Assembly (NCBI GenBank): GCA_964035545.1 | Contig: OZ037767.1 | Span: 22,460,628 to 22,524,627 of the forward strand | Source: Bugula neritina | Lineage: Eukaryota; Animalia; Bryozoa | Reading direction: 5' to 3' | Length of the DNA: 64,000 bases | Made by a program: the position numbers and the translations under genes | In this document: piece after piece, positions 49,012-62,740 of the stretch | How positions within the stretch are numbered: position 1 is the stretch's first letter | How the letters are laid out: the number at the start of each line of letters is the position of its first letter | The notes under the pieces: generated by a model | What the model saw: only the letters and a program-made list of their open reading frames with translations | What the model was told of the DNA's origin: nothing | Databases searched by the model: none

Positions 49012-49456
49012 CAAAGGAGCAATTATGACTGAATGCTCTTCCTAACATCACTAATAGTCTCTTTATTGAGACTCAAAACACTGACCTTGTGTTTACTAAA
49101 CTGGTGTTCTAAGCACTAAACTGCAGCTTCTCAATTTCTTTTAGACTTAAAATAACTCGAATGGTAAACAGTCGATCATGATCATCCACTAACTCTAAGG
49201 TCAAATCAAAGGTTATATATAATAAATCTTCAAATGCTTTTACAACTTACTCACACAAGTTTATAGTCACCATCCCTGTAAAAAAAACCCCTGATGAAAA
49301 AGTTTCTTTGTTAAATCAGGCTAAGGACTTATTCAGATGGGGTACAGGAGTAATCATGACTGGATGCTCTTCCTAACATCACCAATGTTTGGATTTGAAC
49401 CCATGACTTTGTGCTTACTAGACAAACGTTCCAACCCCTAGACCACTGCTGCTCCC
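49012..49456 (-). mobile_element. Two tandem copies of a tRNA-derived SINE (~49012-49135, more decayed; ~49320-49456)
   Basis: The minus strand shows A-box-like GCAGTGGTCTAG and B-box GGGTTCAAATCC, then TGGTGATGTTAGGAAGAGCATCCAGTCAT, which is shared between the copies. Confidence 0.65.
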
Positions 49457-51180
49457 TTCAAATACTTTTACAACTTAGCTGCTAAACTTATGCCGCAGCA
49501 TGTTGAATGCTTTACTTCCTACATAAAGCACCACCCTCTGTGTTTAAAGACATGTTAATTCTGTGGATTTATCAATTAAACATCATGCATGAACCAGTTA
49601 CTCATATTTTTACATTCATAATCATTTTTTATAATTATGTAATGTACTTGATTGTGTCATATTATAATGTAATCAGTGCAACAACACCAATTTTGCCAAT
49701 ATACAGTATGTCTGTATATATAATAAACAGTTTATGGTTATTTATAAAACTTTGTACCCATAACTATATACTGTTTAATAATTATGAACAGTTTGTTCAA
49801 TTTAATCGCTATATATACTCACTGGTTTTTTCAAATTTAATTATTTATGTTAGTAAATATGTCTTTAAATAAATGAATGAAATTTGAATTAAAAAGAGCT
49901 ACTAGCTGTATACATTTATTATGGTCACGGGAATGCTAAATGACATTATAAATTATACTTTGTATATTAATATAATCATAATTTGTCATGCTTCAAGATA
50001 AAACTTACTGTAAATAATAAAAAGAAAGGCAAAAATTTAAATGCATTTGACAAAAATAAAATCTAAATGCATGATTGTTGTAAGTATAAGTAATGGTCAT
50101 TATGAGCTTCAACCTAACTAAACATAACAATTTGCATGTTTACAATAAACTCTCACAGGATATGCTATATCATCATAGTACTAGGTAAGAAATTCTTTGT
50201 ATATGTTTGTTGAATAGCATGGAAAACTTTATATGAGGATTTTTTAGCTGATGATAATAGCTATCAATATGATAATTTCGTTTTTGCAAAATACAAGAAT
50301 CCCACTTTTTTGCTAGTGTCAGATCAGAGATTACACAGTACTTTATATTTTGCAGAGTAGATACTGTACAGCAACTTGATGTATTTACAGAATGGTATGC
50401 TAATAGTGGTTATGATTGGAACTAATGGTTTGAATATATAGCTTAAGAGTTATTAGTAAAAGTAGTGGAGAGGAAAGTCAAAACTCTATCATGGCCTTGC
50501 AAAATAATCTACCAGGTAAACAGAAATAATTTTTTTTACGTAGAAAATGCTTATTTTATTGATGGGAATAGAAGTGTCAAAACAATTGTGTCCTCATGGT
50601 GACCGATACAAAGACTGAAACTATTTGCTAATGTAAACAAAATAGAAATGTTAGATAGCCTCATTTCTACGAAGTTTGCAAGGACTGCGGGAAATATTTT
50701 GTAATAATGTTAGAAGTAGAATTTCTATAAATTATGTCATAAGTGATTAAACTAAAGTATAGATATATATATCATTATTCTCAGAAAATTCTTAAAAAAC
50801 TATATTCTCGGTAGGATGCATGATTACACATATACTGTTCTTTTATGTTAATTCTTACTTCTGTGCTTCACAAGTTATGTATCTGAGATATTCTGCCAGC
50901 TCACTAAAATATGGCTTCGGAGATGCTGATGTTTGCTTAAGACTTCCAGTAAGATGGCCGCTGTAGCAGGTTGATGCAATTATAAATTATTATATCTGCT
51001 CCATCACGGTATGTAGACTACAATTTATCTACAACATTTAAGAAAGAGTATAAGTACATTCAAGTAATAGGATACATGAGGCTCAATAATTGAGTGAAGT
51101 TAATGTTTAAAAGTACAAGTTTTGAGTGAGTTAGATATCTTGGTCTTGCATAGAAATTACTTTAAACAAAGAATGCATTA

Positions 51181-51223
<43 letters not shown>

Positions 51224-52124
51224 CACATGAATTTATAGCTTCTGGCAATGCAAATAGTATTATTTAGTAGTGTGGCTTTTAAATAAGTAATCGCGGTGCT
51301 GAGATAGTACTACATGCCATGATCACGTGTTAAAATTTGTAATATTGACTTTTGAAATAAAAGACTAATTGATGAACAAATGGAAATGGATAAAAAAGCT
51401 GAAACATATAACAAATGCTGTTTACAAATAGAGATATACATATGTATATGTGTGAATATTTATTCATGCTAACATATAGATGATATAATACAATAATTTT
51501 AAATGCTTAATAAATTATTTAACATTAATATAGCCTATTACAAAGATCGACACGTGAGCATTGGCTAATATATTTTATCATATTATAGTCAAAAAAATTA
51601 TTCTTTAATTTATAAACTGAGGTACAATTAACGATGATATAGCCTACAAAATACAAAGATGAGCCAACAACAGCAGATCCTCTTACGTCAATCCCTATCT
51701 TGGCTGTAAACTGACAGCATACCTGACCAAATTCCGCGTCAATTTCTGCCGCCAGTTTTCGTCGGCCAGTTTTTACCAGTTATTGCCGGTATCCTTGAAA
51801 TCTGAACCACCGCCAGGAAGATCCGGTATAAAAGGAGCCGCCGAATCTCTGGAAAATTATAAATATATATTGGTTCATGAAGAAGATAGAAGCGAGCAAC
51901 GACAACAAAGACAGTCGGAATACAAGATATATATATATCAGTAGTAACAGTAGTAGTAATAATATTATTAACGCTAAAAGAAATATCAAGGAAACTGACT
52001 ATAAACATATTGATATAGACTGATTGCAGTAAGTAATGTTACAATTTTATGTTAAGGATATGTTTATGTATTAACTTCTTGTATTATGCTATTTGAACTA
52101 ACAAGTTTATCAATGTTCTTTTAA

Positions 52125-52655
52125 CGCAGCACGAATTTATTTTAAGGAAAATTGTTTGAATTAACCTTTTTATTTTAAAGCAGCACAAATTTATTTAAAG
52201 AAATTGTTTGAATTAATCTATTAATTTAATTTTAAAGCAGCACAAATTTATTTGAGGAAAATTGTTTGAATTGATTGATTTTGATAGCAGCACAAATTTA
52301 TTTGAAGAAAGTTTTTGATTTGATTTATTGATTTGAAGCAGCACAAATTTATATTTGAGAAACATTTGAATTGAGAAAATTTATTTCAAGGCTGCACAAA
52401 TTTATATTTGAGAAACATTTGAATTGAGAAAATTTATTTCAAGGCTGCACAAATTTATATTTGAGAAACATTTGAATTGAGAAAATTTATTTCAAGGCTG
52501 CACAAATTTATATTTGAGAAACATTTGAATTGAGAAAATTTATTTCAAGGCTGCACAAATTTATATTTGAGAAACATTAGAATTGAGAAAATTTATTTCA
52601 AGGCTGCACAAATTTATATTGAGAAAATTTATGTCAAGGCTGCACAAATTTATGT
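52125..52655. repeat. 53-bp tandem repeat (AAGGCTGCACAAATTTATATTTGAGAAACATTTGAATTGAGAAAATTTATTTC), about 10 copies
   Basis: Directly visible. Right-hand copies are near-identical and left-hand copies are diverged. Confidence 0.92.
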
Positions 52656-53324
52656 TAAAGGAAATATTTTAATATTGATGTTCTAACTGCAATTCTTTTG
52701 TGTATTTAGTTTGGATAACTTGTCTATCTCGATTGTCAGATTTGTCAATTTATGTTTGCTAGTATAATGTAAACACAGCAAGATTTCAAAGGATCGCTAG
52801 GATAATCTTTGTTTTGGTTTGGCCAATTTCTTGTAATATTTTATTATTGTAATTTGCTTGCTTCAATATTATTATCAAATAGATATACATATTATACAAA
52901 ACATATATATATTATAACTTCAATTCTTCTGGGGGAGCAAATCCCAAGTTTGTCTCACAGAATATTAACCTGAGTGCTAACCATTACACAATACACGTAG
53001 AACCACACATACACATTACTACATGATTTCCAAACCATAATATTTGTCGAGCGAAGATAACCCTCATCTTTGATTAATCAATTGCAAATTATAAAGAAAT
53101 TTTGAAACTAAAAGCCAATAAGTAACTTCGCTTCATCTTAACTGACCAATCTAACTAAATCAGAAGTTCAATTTAATTTGATTCAAAACTAATTCAGTTA
53201 TTTAATTCAGTTATTTAATATAACTTACAAAATTTAAATAAATTATAAATTACAAAATTTATTTTTTTATTTTACTTTTATTTTAAATTTTTGTTCGACA
53301 CTAGCTTGGTCCTAGATACAAACA

Positions 53325-53364
<40 letters not shown>

Positions 53365-53372
<8 letters not shown>

Positions 53373-53577
53373 GAATTGAAATGACACAGTTAAAATTGAT
53401 AAAACATTTTATTACTAATAGTTTCATGTATGTTAAAATATACACTCTTCAGATAAAATGTTTAAATTTTAAACATTTAAACATTTTATCTGAAGAGTGT
53501 ATATTTTAACATACATGAAACTATTAGTAATAAAATGTTTTATCAATTTTAACTGTGTCATTTCAATTCTATTTTAT
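53365..53577. repeat. Perfect long palindrome (about 103-bp arms, about 7-bp spacer) between two (TA)n tracts
   Basis: ATAAAATAGAATTGAAATGACACAG...CAGATAAAATGTTTAAAT is followed by its exact reverse complement. Confidence 0.93.
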
Positions 53578-53632
53578 GATATGCTCTGTTTTAAACATTG
53601 AGCTCTTTTAAGCAGCGCACTATATCTCACAG

Positions 53633-53695
<63 letters not shown>

Positions 53696-54139
53696 GATAG
53701 CATACATCGTATGCAATAGTAAATAATAGCAACCAATTAAACATGCTAAAAAAACTGCAATTATTGTCCCGAACTTACCATTTGAAGTATACAGTAAATA
53801 CTCTTATACAACTTCGAATTATTAAAGGAAGAACTTTCATTTAGCAATAGTTGAATATACATGCAATTGAAACAGAGTATGGGCAGAGGATATAATTGTT
53901 TAACGTGTATCGTATGTTAAATATCCTATTGATACCATATAGCCTATTAATTCATTTTATTTGAGTGGCTTTTGCAAGGCTCCTAAATATTACTATTCTA
54001 TACCTACTACCGTTATAAGTATCTGGTTGCTGCAGTTGAGCTAGATAAAGAATTGACACAGTGCCAGTTCATGCAGTTCAAAATATATGATCTGCTAGAA
54101 ATAGTTTAGTGCTCAAGAGCCAATGAAGTTTCTTGATTT

Positions 54140-54431
54140 CACAGCTTCCTTGTTAGTGGCGGTACAAAATACTTGACTTTTTGAAGCCAAATTTGGGGGT
54201 AACTGCTGCATTAATTATTAAAATGTCTTGTAGAAAACACAGCCATATGATTGGCTAATAATTTATATACTTGTACATCTCTAATTGTTTGCTTCCTGAA
54301 AGACACGTCTGGAACATTTATATTACATCACAAGCTTCCTGTTATATTTTGAATATACAGATTTATACGAATCACTCAAACACTATAAGGAAGTGTCTGT
54401 TAAACTTTCAAAATTCTGAGCATATATAAAG
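54140..54431 (+). promoter_or_regulatory. Putative promoter of BRICHOS gene 1: TATA box (TATATAAA 54423-54430), inverted CCAAT, four GGAAG (ETS-core) motifs
   Basis: TATA lies about 105 bp upstream of the ATG. The segment is conserved in the paralogue. Confidence 0.6.
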
Positions 54432-54531
54432 CAGCACACACAAGTATTCTAAACACAGACATCTACAACCACACCGGCCGGAGACACCTTCGCAGGCATT
54501 TTCTATCCAGAACAGAGCTGAAGTCTAAAAC

Positions 54532-56922
54532 ATGGACAGCAAAGATCTGAAGGTAAATTAGTTGAAACAGCCGTTATATGCAAAGAATATTTCAACTATG
54601 TATACTATATAGTCTTGCAGTTGCTTGAATAAATGATATCATTTTATCCTATGCTGCATGCATTAATTTAGCACTGTAGAATTTCAATTTTAAGAATCTA
54701 GTTCAAAATTTGCTGGCATATGATAATTTATGCAACTTAAAAATTTACAATTATGTTCATTCAGCATGAAGAAAATAAATCTAAAGTGACAGGCAGATGG
54801 CAGGTGCTTGCTATGATTACTCTCATACTGGCAGTTCTACTGACAACTACTGTGGGTGTTATCATGTATATAGCCTTAAATCCTACAACTGGTTGTACTC
54901 AAAAAGTGACAGGACCCCCTGACTATGAAGAGACGATTCACGTGGTGAGTACAAATATTTAACATTCTCTATTCTTCTACAATGAACATTTACGTCATAC
55001 CACAGCATTTACTCATTGTATATAATATTATTACTATTATAATTATTATGTATCATTTATTCTGGACTTAGTCTTTATATATGCACTTAATCTTAATAAG
55101 TTAGCTTTAGACTAATCAACATTTATAGATTATTCTGTTATAACCCAACATTTAATGTTTCAGACCAACAAACCTGATGTACAACTGGCATTCAACAGCA
55201 AAGAAAATATTGCAATTTTAACCACTACAGATGGAGGTTTTGATCTGGAAGATTATGGAAAGGTAAAACCTTTAGCACTCAGTATTGTGATCTATATATT
55301 TGATATAGATATAATTGATCAATATTTGATAGATATAGCTTTGTTAATTAGTGCATTTGATTTATTATTTATGATAAAGGCACGAATCACAATGTTTGCT
55401 TGAATACACTTCATTTGCTGCTGCATTTCTAAATTTGAACTAGCTACATAGATGGCAAAATTTCTTTCAAACTAAAAATTTTTTAAGTCATGTTTCAAAA
55501 GCATCTTACAGCAGTATAAAAATGCAAATTTTTCATTTGATTTGATTTTTAAAAATTCAAAAAAGATCTAAAATGTTTTTCTTACAATTATTAAAAAAAT
55601 ATCAATAAAAGTCCATCACTCTAGTCCTAGTGGGTTAATCCATCTGGTGATGAAAGGCTTAGGATTTGTTTTCTATTGTGACTAATGTTCACTAATCCAG
55701 TGCTCAAACTATTAGATCACAACTGTTACCTAGAAAAGTCAATTCTAAATAATTAGTAAATTACATGCCTAATTATAAGAATAATGTACCATTTTAGTAA
55801 CTATGAAATTAAAGTTTTGAAAAATTGAGATAAGTTTTAGATCTAAGTTTAGGTATTCAAATAAAATAGGATAAAAAGTGTTTAAGCAAAGTGAGTAATT
55901 TTAATAGCTTAAGTTAAAAATGATTGCAACATGATAAAATAAAAGCAATACCAAAGACTATACAAAAAACTCTATGAAAGGTTTCTGTTGGTATATTTTA
56001 CTTGTATATATATTAAATAAACAGTGCTAGTAGTTATTTACAACTATGTATGTTTAGGGTATACACATAACCAAGGACACCAACTCTGGCATCTGTTACA
56101 TCCTACCATCCATAGTCTCTGCTGCTGATAGTCAAATACTCAGAAGACACTTCCAAGGTCAGCAGGTCAACGTGACAGCAGAATCTCACCTCACATCTGT
56201 GACTGTACATCCTGGGAAGGTCTCTGATACCAGTTTCATACCGACTGAGGCCAAGTCATTCTGCTTCAATGGCTACCAGTGGGTGACTATTTACCAAGAG
56301 ACAGCAAGCTCTAGTCATGGTAAGACATTTTTCTACTATTTTATTATGAGAGTTTAAATTATTTGCTCTGAAACAATGGCTTGCTTTGAAGTTCTATAAA
56401 AACAGAGCTCTGTTTTTTGAGCTCATTTGAAACCAATGCTTTTCAATACTTTAGGAGTTTTAACATAATGCAAGTAATGAACAATAGCATATATAAGCAC
56501 AAGTAAAATAAAATCAAGTTTAGTATATGCTATTTTTTTAGGAAAACAGGATAAGTGTTTTAAAGATGATTTCTTTTATAGAACTGTGGCTGTAATGAAA
56601 TATAACCAACATTGTAATTTCTTTTTCAAGAATATGTAATTGTTCTTTCTCATTAAATTGATAGATATATAATCATAAAAATATGATTTATGTTTTGGAA
56701 ACCCAAAAGTAGTATATATGCCTCAAGTTATAATATATTAAAATATGTAATTATGTATATACCCAAGTTTTCCTTTGTGTAAATGATGATTTATGTATGC
56801 TGAATACTTGTAAATGCTTATTGTTGATTTTACAACGTCTTCTCAATTTTGTAGAAATAGTGAAAAGAAGAATAAAGTGGCCTAAAATAACAATCACAAT
56901 AAAAATCACTATCAGGTTTTAA
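54532..56922 (+). CDS. BRICHOS-domain precursor, copy 1 (209 aa). Exons 54532-54552, 54765-54944, 55164-55262, 56058-56319, 56855-56922. C-terminal peptide RIKWPKITITIKITIRF
   Basis: Short N-tail, one hydrophobic signal anchor (VLAMITLILAVLLTTTVGVIMYIAL), BRICHOS pattern EDYGKGIHITKDTNSGICYI...KVSDTSFIPTEAKSFCFNGYQWV (conserved Asp and two Cys), then IVKR|R and a short C-terminal peptide. All junctions are GT-AG, in phase and conserved in copy 2. Confidence 0.85.
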
Positions 56923-57182
56923 TTCTACCTGTACTATTCTACCCTTACACTGCTGTGGGGAAAGCTACTTGGTTGACTGTAAAGCAGTAGTGGTTAGAGG
57001 GTGCAGTAGAGAAAAAACTGAGAAAAATTTTATGGTCATGTTGAAAATTTTTAAAGGATTGTTTTTTTAGAAACTTCAACAGCAATTTATTGAGAAAATT
57101 AAAGAATTTAGGCTATATATTTCAATTTCTGTACTACTGCATCTTGATATAAGCATTGTATATTGAGCATATTGTAGTTTTT

Positions 57183-57295
<113 letters not shown>

Positions 57296-57731
57296 TAAAC
57301 TAACTTATGTCTTTATGTAATGTGTATTATTGGTATCTAATTTCTTGTTGAAAACAGTACTGCACGCTGTGTAATGGTTTTCTTTTTTCTAAAATGATAA
57401 CAATTTCTTATGGAACAAGCTTTATGTGTTGTTAGCTGTTGATTATATTATTGCTTTTCAAGTTTTCTAAACCAACAGGCCTTTGTTTAATATTTGTTTA
57501 TTATAATAAAGAAATCTTCAAGTAAAAAAATGTATTATAAAACCAGCCATTTAGGAAGATATTGAATAGATGACACAAGTGTTCCTGTTATGTTTAACTC
57601 AATGTTCATAACTATTGCACACATTCAGAATTTAAAGAATCTTTGACATGCTAGGTTTATATTGTAATAAATTAATCACATATATTTTGGCTGTCAGCTA
57701 GTTGTTGCTTCAAACATAGTATGCCTTAGCG

Positions 57732-58070
57732 CAGGGGTGTCTAAACTTTTCAGAGTGAGAACTATTTAAGGGGAATATTTTGTGTTGAGGGTCACATAGT
57801 AAACTTTAGCTTGAGCTGGGGGCCACAACGTCAATATTGGTCAAATTATTCTATTGTAATTTCTTATAATCATTACACAAAAAGTCCCAATAGTTAATGC
57901 AGGTTGTGTGTTTTGTATAGCATGTGTATAAATAAAACACCTAGAAGTTGGTTTTTCACTCTAATTCATATACACTGTGAAAAATAATTTTAGTTTTATG
58001 TCTTTGAGGGCCACATAAATATAGACTGGGAGCCACATCCGGCATTGGGGCTGCCTGTTAGACAGCCCTG
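57732..58070. mobile_element. hAT (Charlie-like) MITE, about 340 bp
   Basis: TIRs CAGGGGTGTCTAA and TTAGACAGCCCTG. The 8-bp flanks CCTTAGCG and CTCTAGCA are degenerate and resemble the NTCTAGAN target. Confidence 0.65.
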
Positions 58071-60189
58071 CTCTAGCATATTGGTGCATGTAACTATCGA
58101 GTTAATTAGGAATGATGGATCACTTGTTGATGACATATTAATTAGTCACCTCACTATCCATATCACAATCAAACTGAGAGCAATTATTGCTAACAGTGAA
58201 TCTTAATATTTACTGCAGGGTTGTTTCATTTGTTTTGTCACCTCCCAGCAAGTCTACCCTGTGTTGTACAATCAATTTCATGTCAAAATCACTGTATTTA
58301 TAAGTTTAGTGAATATTACACCTTTTTTTAATACCTAATAATCTCAACTTCTTTATATTTAAAGTTGTACAAGTACTATAATATAGCTACACATTAATTT
58401 TTATGTCTACAGCTATCTTCTTTATTTGTTAATTGGTCTCCGTGTCAAAAGAGTTAAGCTAAAACTGCAAATTTACAGTCTTTTTCCATAGTTTTATACA
58501 AATCAATATTTTTTATTTATGGAAAAGTTTGCATGTCAAATTTTCTATATATTTACTATTTTGTGGCAAATCTTTTGCAGATATAGTGTTAGTCAGAAAT
58601 CAGTCAACATATAACGAAATGCAAAACTAAAGTTCTAAACTTTCTCTATAAAAAAATATAATTATTATTTTTAAAATCTTGTCTTATGGGCAGTTGAAAT
58701 AGTTAACTAACATTAGGTTTAATTTCAGCAATTTTCTGTAAGAATTCAAACATATAAAAATGAAATAGTTGATCAGGTTGATTTGCTTCTAGATAATATA
58801 TTGTTTTTATGGAGATTAAAAAATGTTAGAATAATATAATTGTCAACAGATTAGTTTGCATAACAATTCAAATGTGCGGAAACAAATTGATTGTTGAAGA
58901 TTCAACGAAAATAATAAAGACTCAATGCTTATTCCAAAAACCATTGTTACTCATTTCACTTGCAGCAAACTTTTGTATGCAGCTAGTAGATGTTTTCTGT
59001 ACAAAATAATAATTTAATTGGTGTAAATGTAGTATTAATCTGATTTTTTTTGTATTTACAACTGATTATATATTCTATTATGCACAACATACTTGCCCTT
59101 AAATAACCTTGAAGAACTGGATAAGCAACAATTTTCTTGCTCCAAGCTTTTTTGATTGATATACTTTTAGTTTTACCATTAGTCTTACAAGTATAACTAT
59201 ATTAGTGCAGTAAATTTAACTAAATACATAAAATATTATACAATGTATAGTAATATGTGTGGCAATTCTTTTTCCTTATTAAAATTATACCATTAGTCTA
59301 AGTATTACTATTATAGTGCTGTTTAAATAAATTATTAGAATATTATGTTACAAGCATTCAGCATGTCAATTGCAATTTTACTTATTCAAATATGAGAAAA
59401 ACTTTATTGCAGTGTTTAAAATTGTAATTAGGATAACAAATCAATAATTTTCATCCCGCACTAAAACTTGTGATTTTGTGTTTTCATGTTGAAAAAAACG
59501 AAAGTCATTTCTTCAAAGGGTTATGGAATATTTGTAAATACTTTCAACTGTGAAAGCTTAATAATACCAGTTTCTGTCTGTGAAATCTATGTACTATATG
59601 TACGTATGTATGTACTATGACAGTTTAATGAAAATATGTTGCATGAGTTATGTAATCTTACAAATACAAATAAAAGTGCTAAACGTTTTCTATTTCTTAA
59701 ATTACAAGCTTTTAATTTTTTGCTTTACTGTCTGAGAAATTATGCTATGACTTACAAGTTAACCATTAAATCTCAAAATCGTTTAAAATTTGTTCAAAAG
59801 TTAAAGTATTTTGAAAAAGAATATGGCATGTGATTTTTCCTAAGTACATATATAATTTATAAAATCACTTAAAGAATTGGATAAAAGTTGTTAGACTATT
59901 GGCAGCTAACTTTCATAATCTATTTTCAATGTGATTACTTACTAAATGATATTTTAGTTATGATGTTGAACCACCACATGTTACAAATATATTGGAATGT
60001 AAATTTCTAGGTTATACATTATTTTACAAACCTGTTGACACAGTGCGCTAAGTTTTATTTAATTCATTCTGTAAAAAACTTTAAACTACATATGTTAGTC
60101 TTTTTAGATGTGATTTCATGCAACTTTGAAATACCAGTATTAGCAGAACAAGGTACTGGAATATATCATGTGCTAAAAACAGGTTCATT

Positions 60190-60508
60190 TTAAGAGCCAA
60201 TAAAATTTCCCGGTTTTAGCGCTTTCCTTGTTAATGGCGGTACAAAATACTTGACTTTTTGAAGTCAAATTTGGAAGTTAATTGCCATAAATTATTAAAA
60301 TGTCTTGTAGAAAACACAGCCATATGATTGGCTAATAATTTATATACTTGTACATCTCTAATTGTTTGCTTCCTGAAAAACACATCTGGAACATTTATAT
60401 TACATCACAAGCTTCCTGTTATATTTTGGATATACAGATTTATACGAATCACTCAAACACTATAAGGAAGTGTCTGTTAAACTTTCAAAATTCTGAGCAT
60501 ATATAAAG
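60190..60508 (+). promoter_or_regulatory. Putative promoter of BRICHOS gene 2 (TATA 60500-60507, ETS-core motifs)
   Basis: Near-identical to 54140-54431. Confidence 0.6.
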
Positions 60509-60608
60509 CAGCACACACAAGTATTCTAAACACAGACATCTACAACCACACCGGCCGGAGACACATTTACTAGCATTTTCTATCAAGAACAGAGCTGAAG
60601 TCTAAAAC

Positions 60609-62740
60609 ATGGACAGCAAAGATCTGAAGGTAAATTAGTTGAAACAGCCGTTATATGCAAAGAATATTTCAACTATGTATACTATATAGTCTCGCAGTTG
60701 CTCGAATAAATGATATCATATTTTATCGTATGCTGCATGCATTAATTTAGCACTGTAAAATTTTAATTTTAAGAATCTAGTTCAAAATTTGCTGGCATAT
60801 GATAATCTATGTAGTTTATAAACTTGCAATTGTGTTCATTCAGCATGAAGAAAATAAATCTAAAGTGACAGGCAGATGGCAGGTGCTTGCTATGATTACT
60901 CTCATACTGGCAGTTCTACTGACAACTACTGTAGGTGTCATCATGTATATAGCCTTAAATCCTACAACTGGCTGTACTCAAAAAGTGACAGGACCCCCTG
61001 ACTATGAGGAGACGATTCACATGGTGAGTACAATCATTTAACATTCTCTATTCTTCTACATAAACATGCATGTCATACCACAGCATTTACTCATTGTATA
61101 TAATATTATTACTGCTATAACTGATATTTCACATATTCTAGATTTAGGGCTTTTATATGCACTTAATCTTAATAAGTGAGCTTTAGACTAATCAACATTT
61201 ATAGATTACTCTGTTATAACCCAACATTTCATGTTTCAGACCAACAAACCTGATGTACAACTGGCATTCAACAGCAAAGAAAATATTGAAGTTTTAACCA
61301 CTACAGATGGAGGTTTTGATCTGGAAGATTATGGAAAGGTAAAGCCTTTAGCATTCAGCATTTTGATCTATACTTGACGGTTGAGTGATCCAGGCATATA
61401 GATAGATAGCTTGGTTAATTAGTGGAATCTTCAGTAGCAAAATACTGCATTTAATTTATTATTTATGATAAAAATATGCATCACAATGTTTGTTTGAATA
61501 CATTTCATTTGCTGCTGCATTTCTAGCTTATAACTAGCTAGATGGTAAAATTTATTTCTAAATAACTTTTTTTAAAGTTATGTTTCAAAATCATCTTACA
61601 GCAGTATAAAAATGCAAATTTATCATTTGATTTGATTTTTAAAAATTGAAAAAAGATTCAAAATTTTTTTTACAATCATTAAGAAAATATTAATAAAAGT
61701 CCATCACTCTAGTCCTAGTGGGTTAATCCATCCGGTGATGAAAGACTTAGGATTTGTTTTCTATTGTGACTAATGTTTACTAATCCAGTGCTCTAACTGT
61801 TAGATCACAAATGTTCCCTAGAAAAGTCAATTCTAAATAATTAGTAAATTACAAGTCTAATTATAAAAATAATGTACCATTTTAGTAACTATGAAATTAA
61901 AGTTTTGAGAAATTGATATAAGTTTTAGATCTAAGTTTAGGTATTCAAATAAAATAGGATAAAAAGTGTTCAAGCAAAGTGAGTAATTTTAATAGCTCAA
62001 GTTAAAAATAATTGCAATGATACAATAAAAGCAATACCAAAGACTATAAAAAAACTCTATGAAAGGTTTCTGTTGGTATATTTTACTTATATATATATTA
62101 AATAAACAGTGCTAGTAGTTATATACGACTGTATATGTTTAGGGTATACACATAACCAAGGACACCAACTCTGGCATCTGTTACATCCTACCATCCATAG
62201 TCTCTGCTGCCGATAGTCAAATACTCAAAAGACACTTCCAAAGTCAGCAGGTCAACGTGACAGCAGAATCTCACCTCACATCTGTGACTGTGCATCCTGG
62301 GAAAGTCTCTGATACCAGTTTCATACCGACTGAGGCCAAGTCATTCTGCTTCAATGGCTACCAGTGGGTGACTATTTACCAAGAGACAGCAAGCTCTAGT
62401 CATGGTAAGACATTTTTAGTACTGTAATTCCTTTTTATAAAAATCTATTGTTCTTAGTCACTAAATTGTAAATTTATCATGAACATATTTAAACAATTGT
62501 TTATTCTTAAACATAGTGAAATATTTTAATATGATCACCCAAGTTACAGTATAAGAAAAATTGTAATACAACGTATACCTATAAGTTTTCTTTTGTGTAA
62601 ATGAGAATTTATGTACATTGAACGCTTGTAAAAATTTTATAGATCTTACTTTAAGTTTTCCAATTTTTGTAGAAATCGTGAAAAGAAGAATAAAGTGGCC
62701 TAAAATAAAAATCACGATAACAATCACTATCAGGTTTTAA
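60609..62740 (+). CDS. BRICHOS-domain precursor, copy 2 (209 aa). Exons 60609-60629, 60844-61023, 61240-61338, 62143-62404, 62673-62740. C-terminal peptide RIKWPKIKITITITIRF
   Basis: Same exon sizes as copy 1 (21/180/99/262/68 nt), intact frame, about 7 amino-acid differences. Confidence 0.85.

Noticed and set aside
49380-49456. tRNA gene
   Set aside because: A/B boxes are present, but I could not form a convincing cloverleaf, and the sequence continues into a repeated SINE body.
51739-52008. Two overlapping hydrophobic minus-strand ORFs
   Set aside because: Low-complexity origin, no recognisable domain, and no supporting exon chain.
62461-62727. Hydrophobic minus-strand ORF MIVIVIFILG...
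   Set aside because: It is the antisense shadow of the BRICHOS copy 2 peptide exon plus intron sequence, which is poorly conserved in copy 1.
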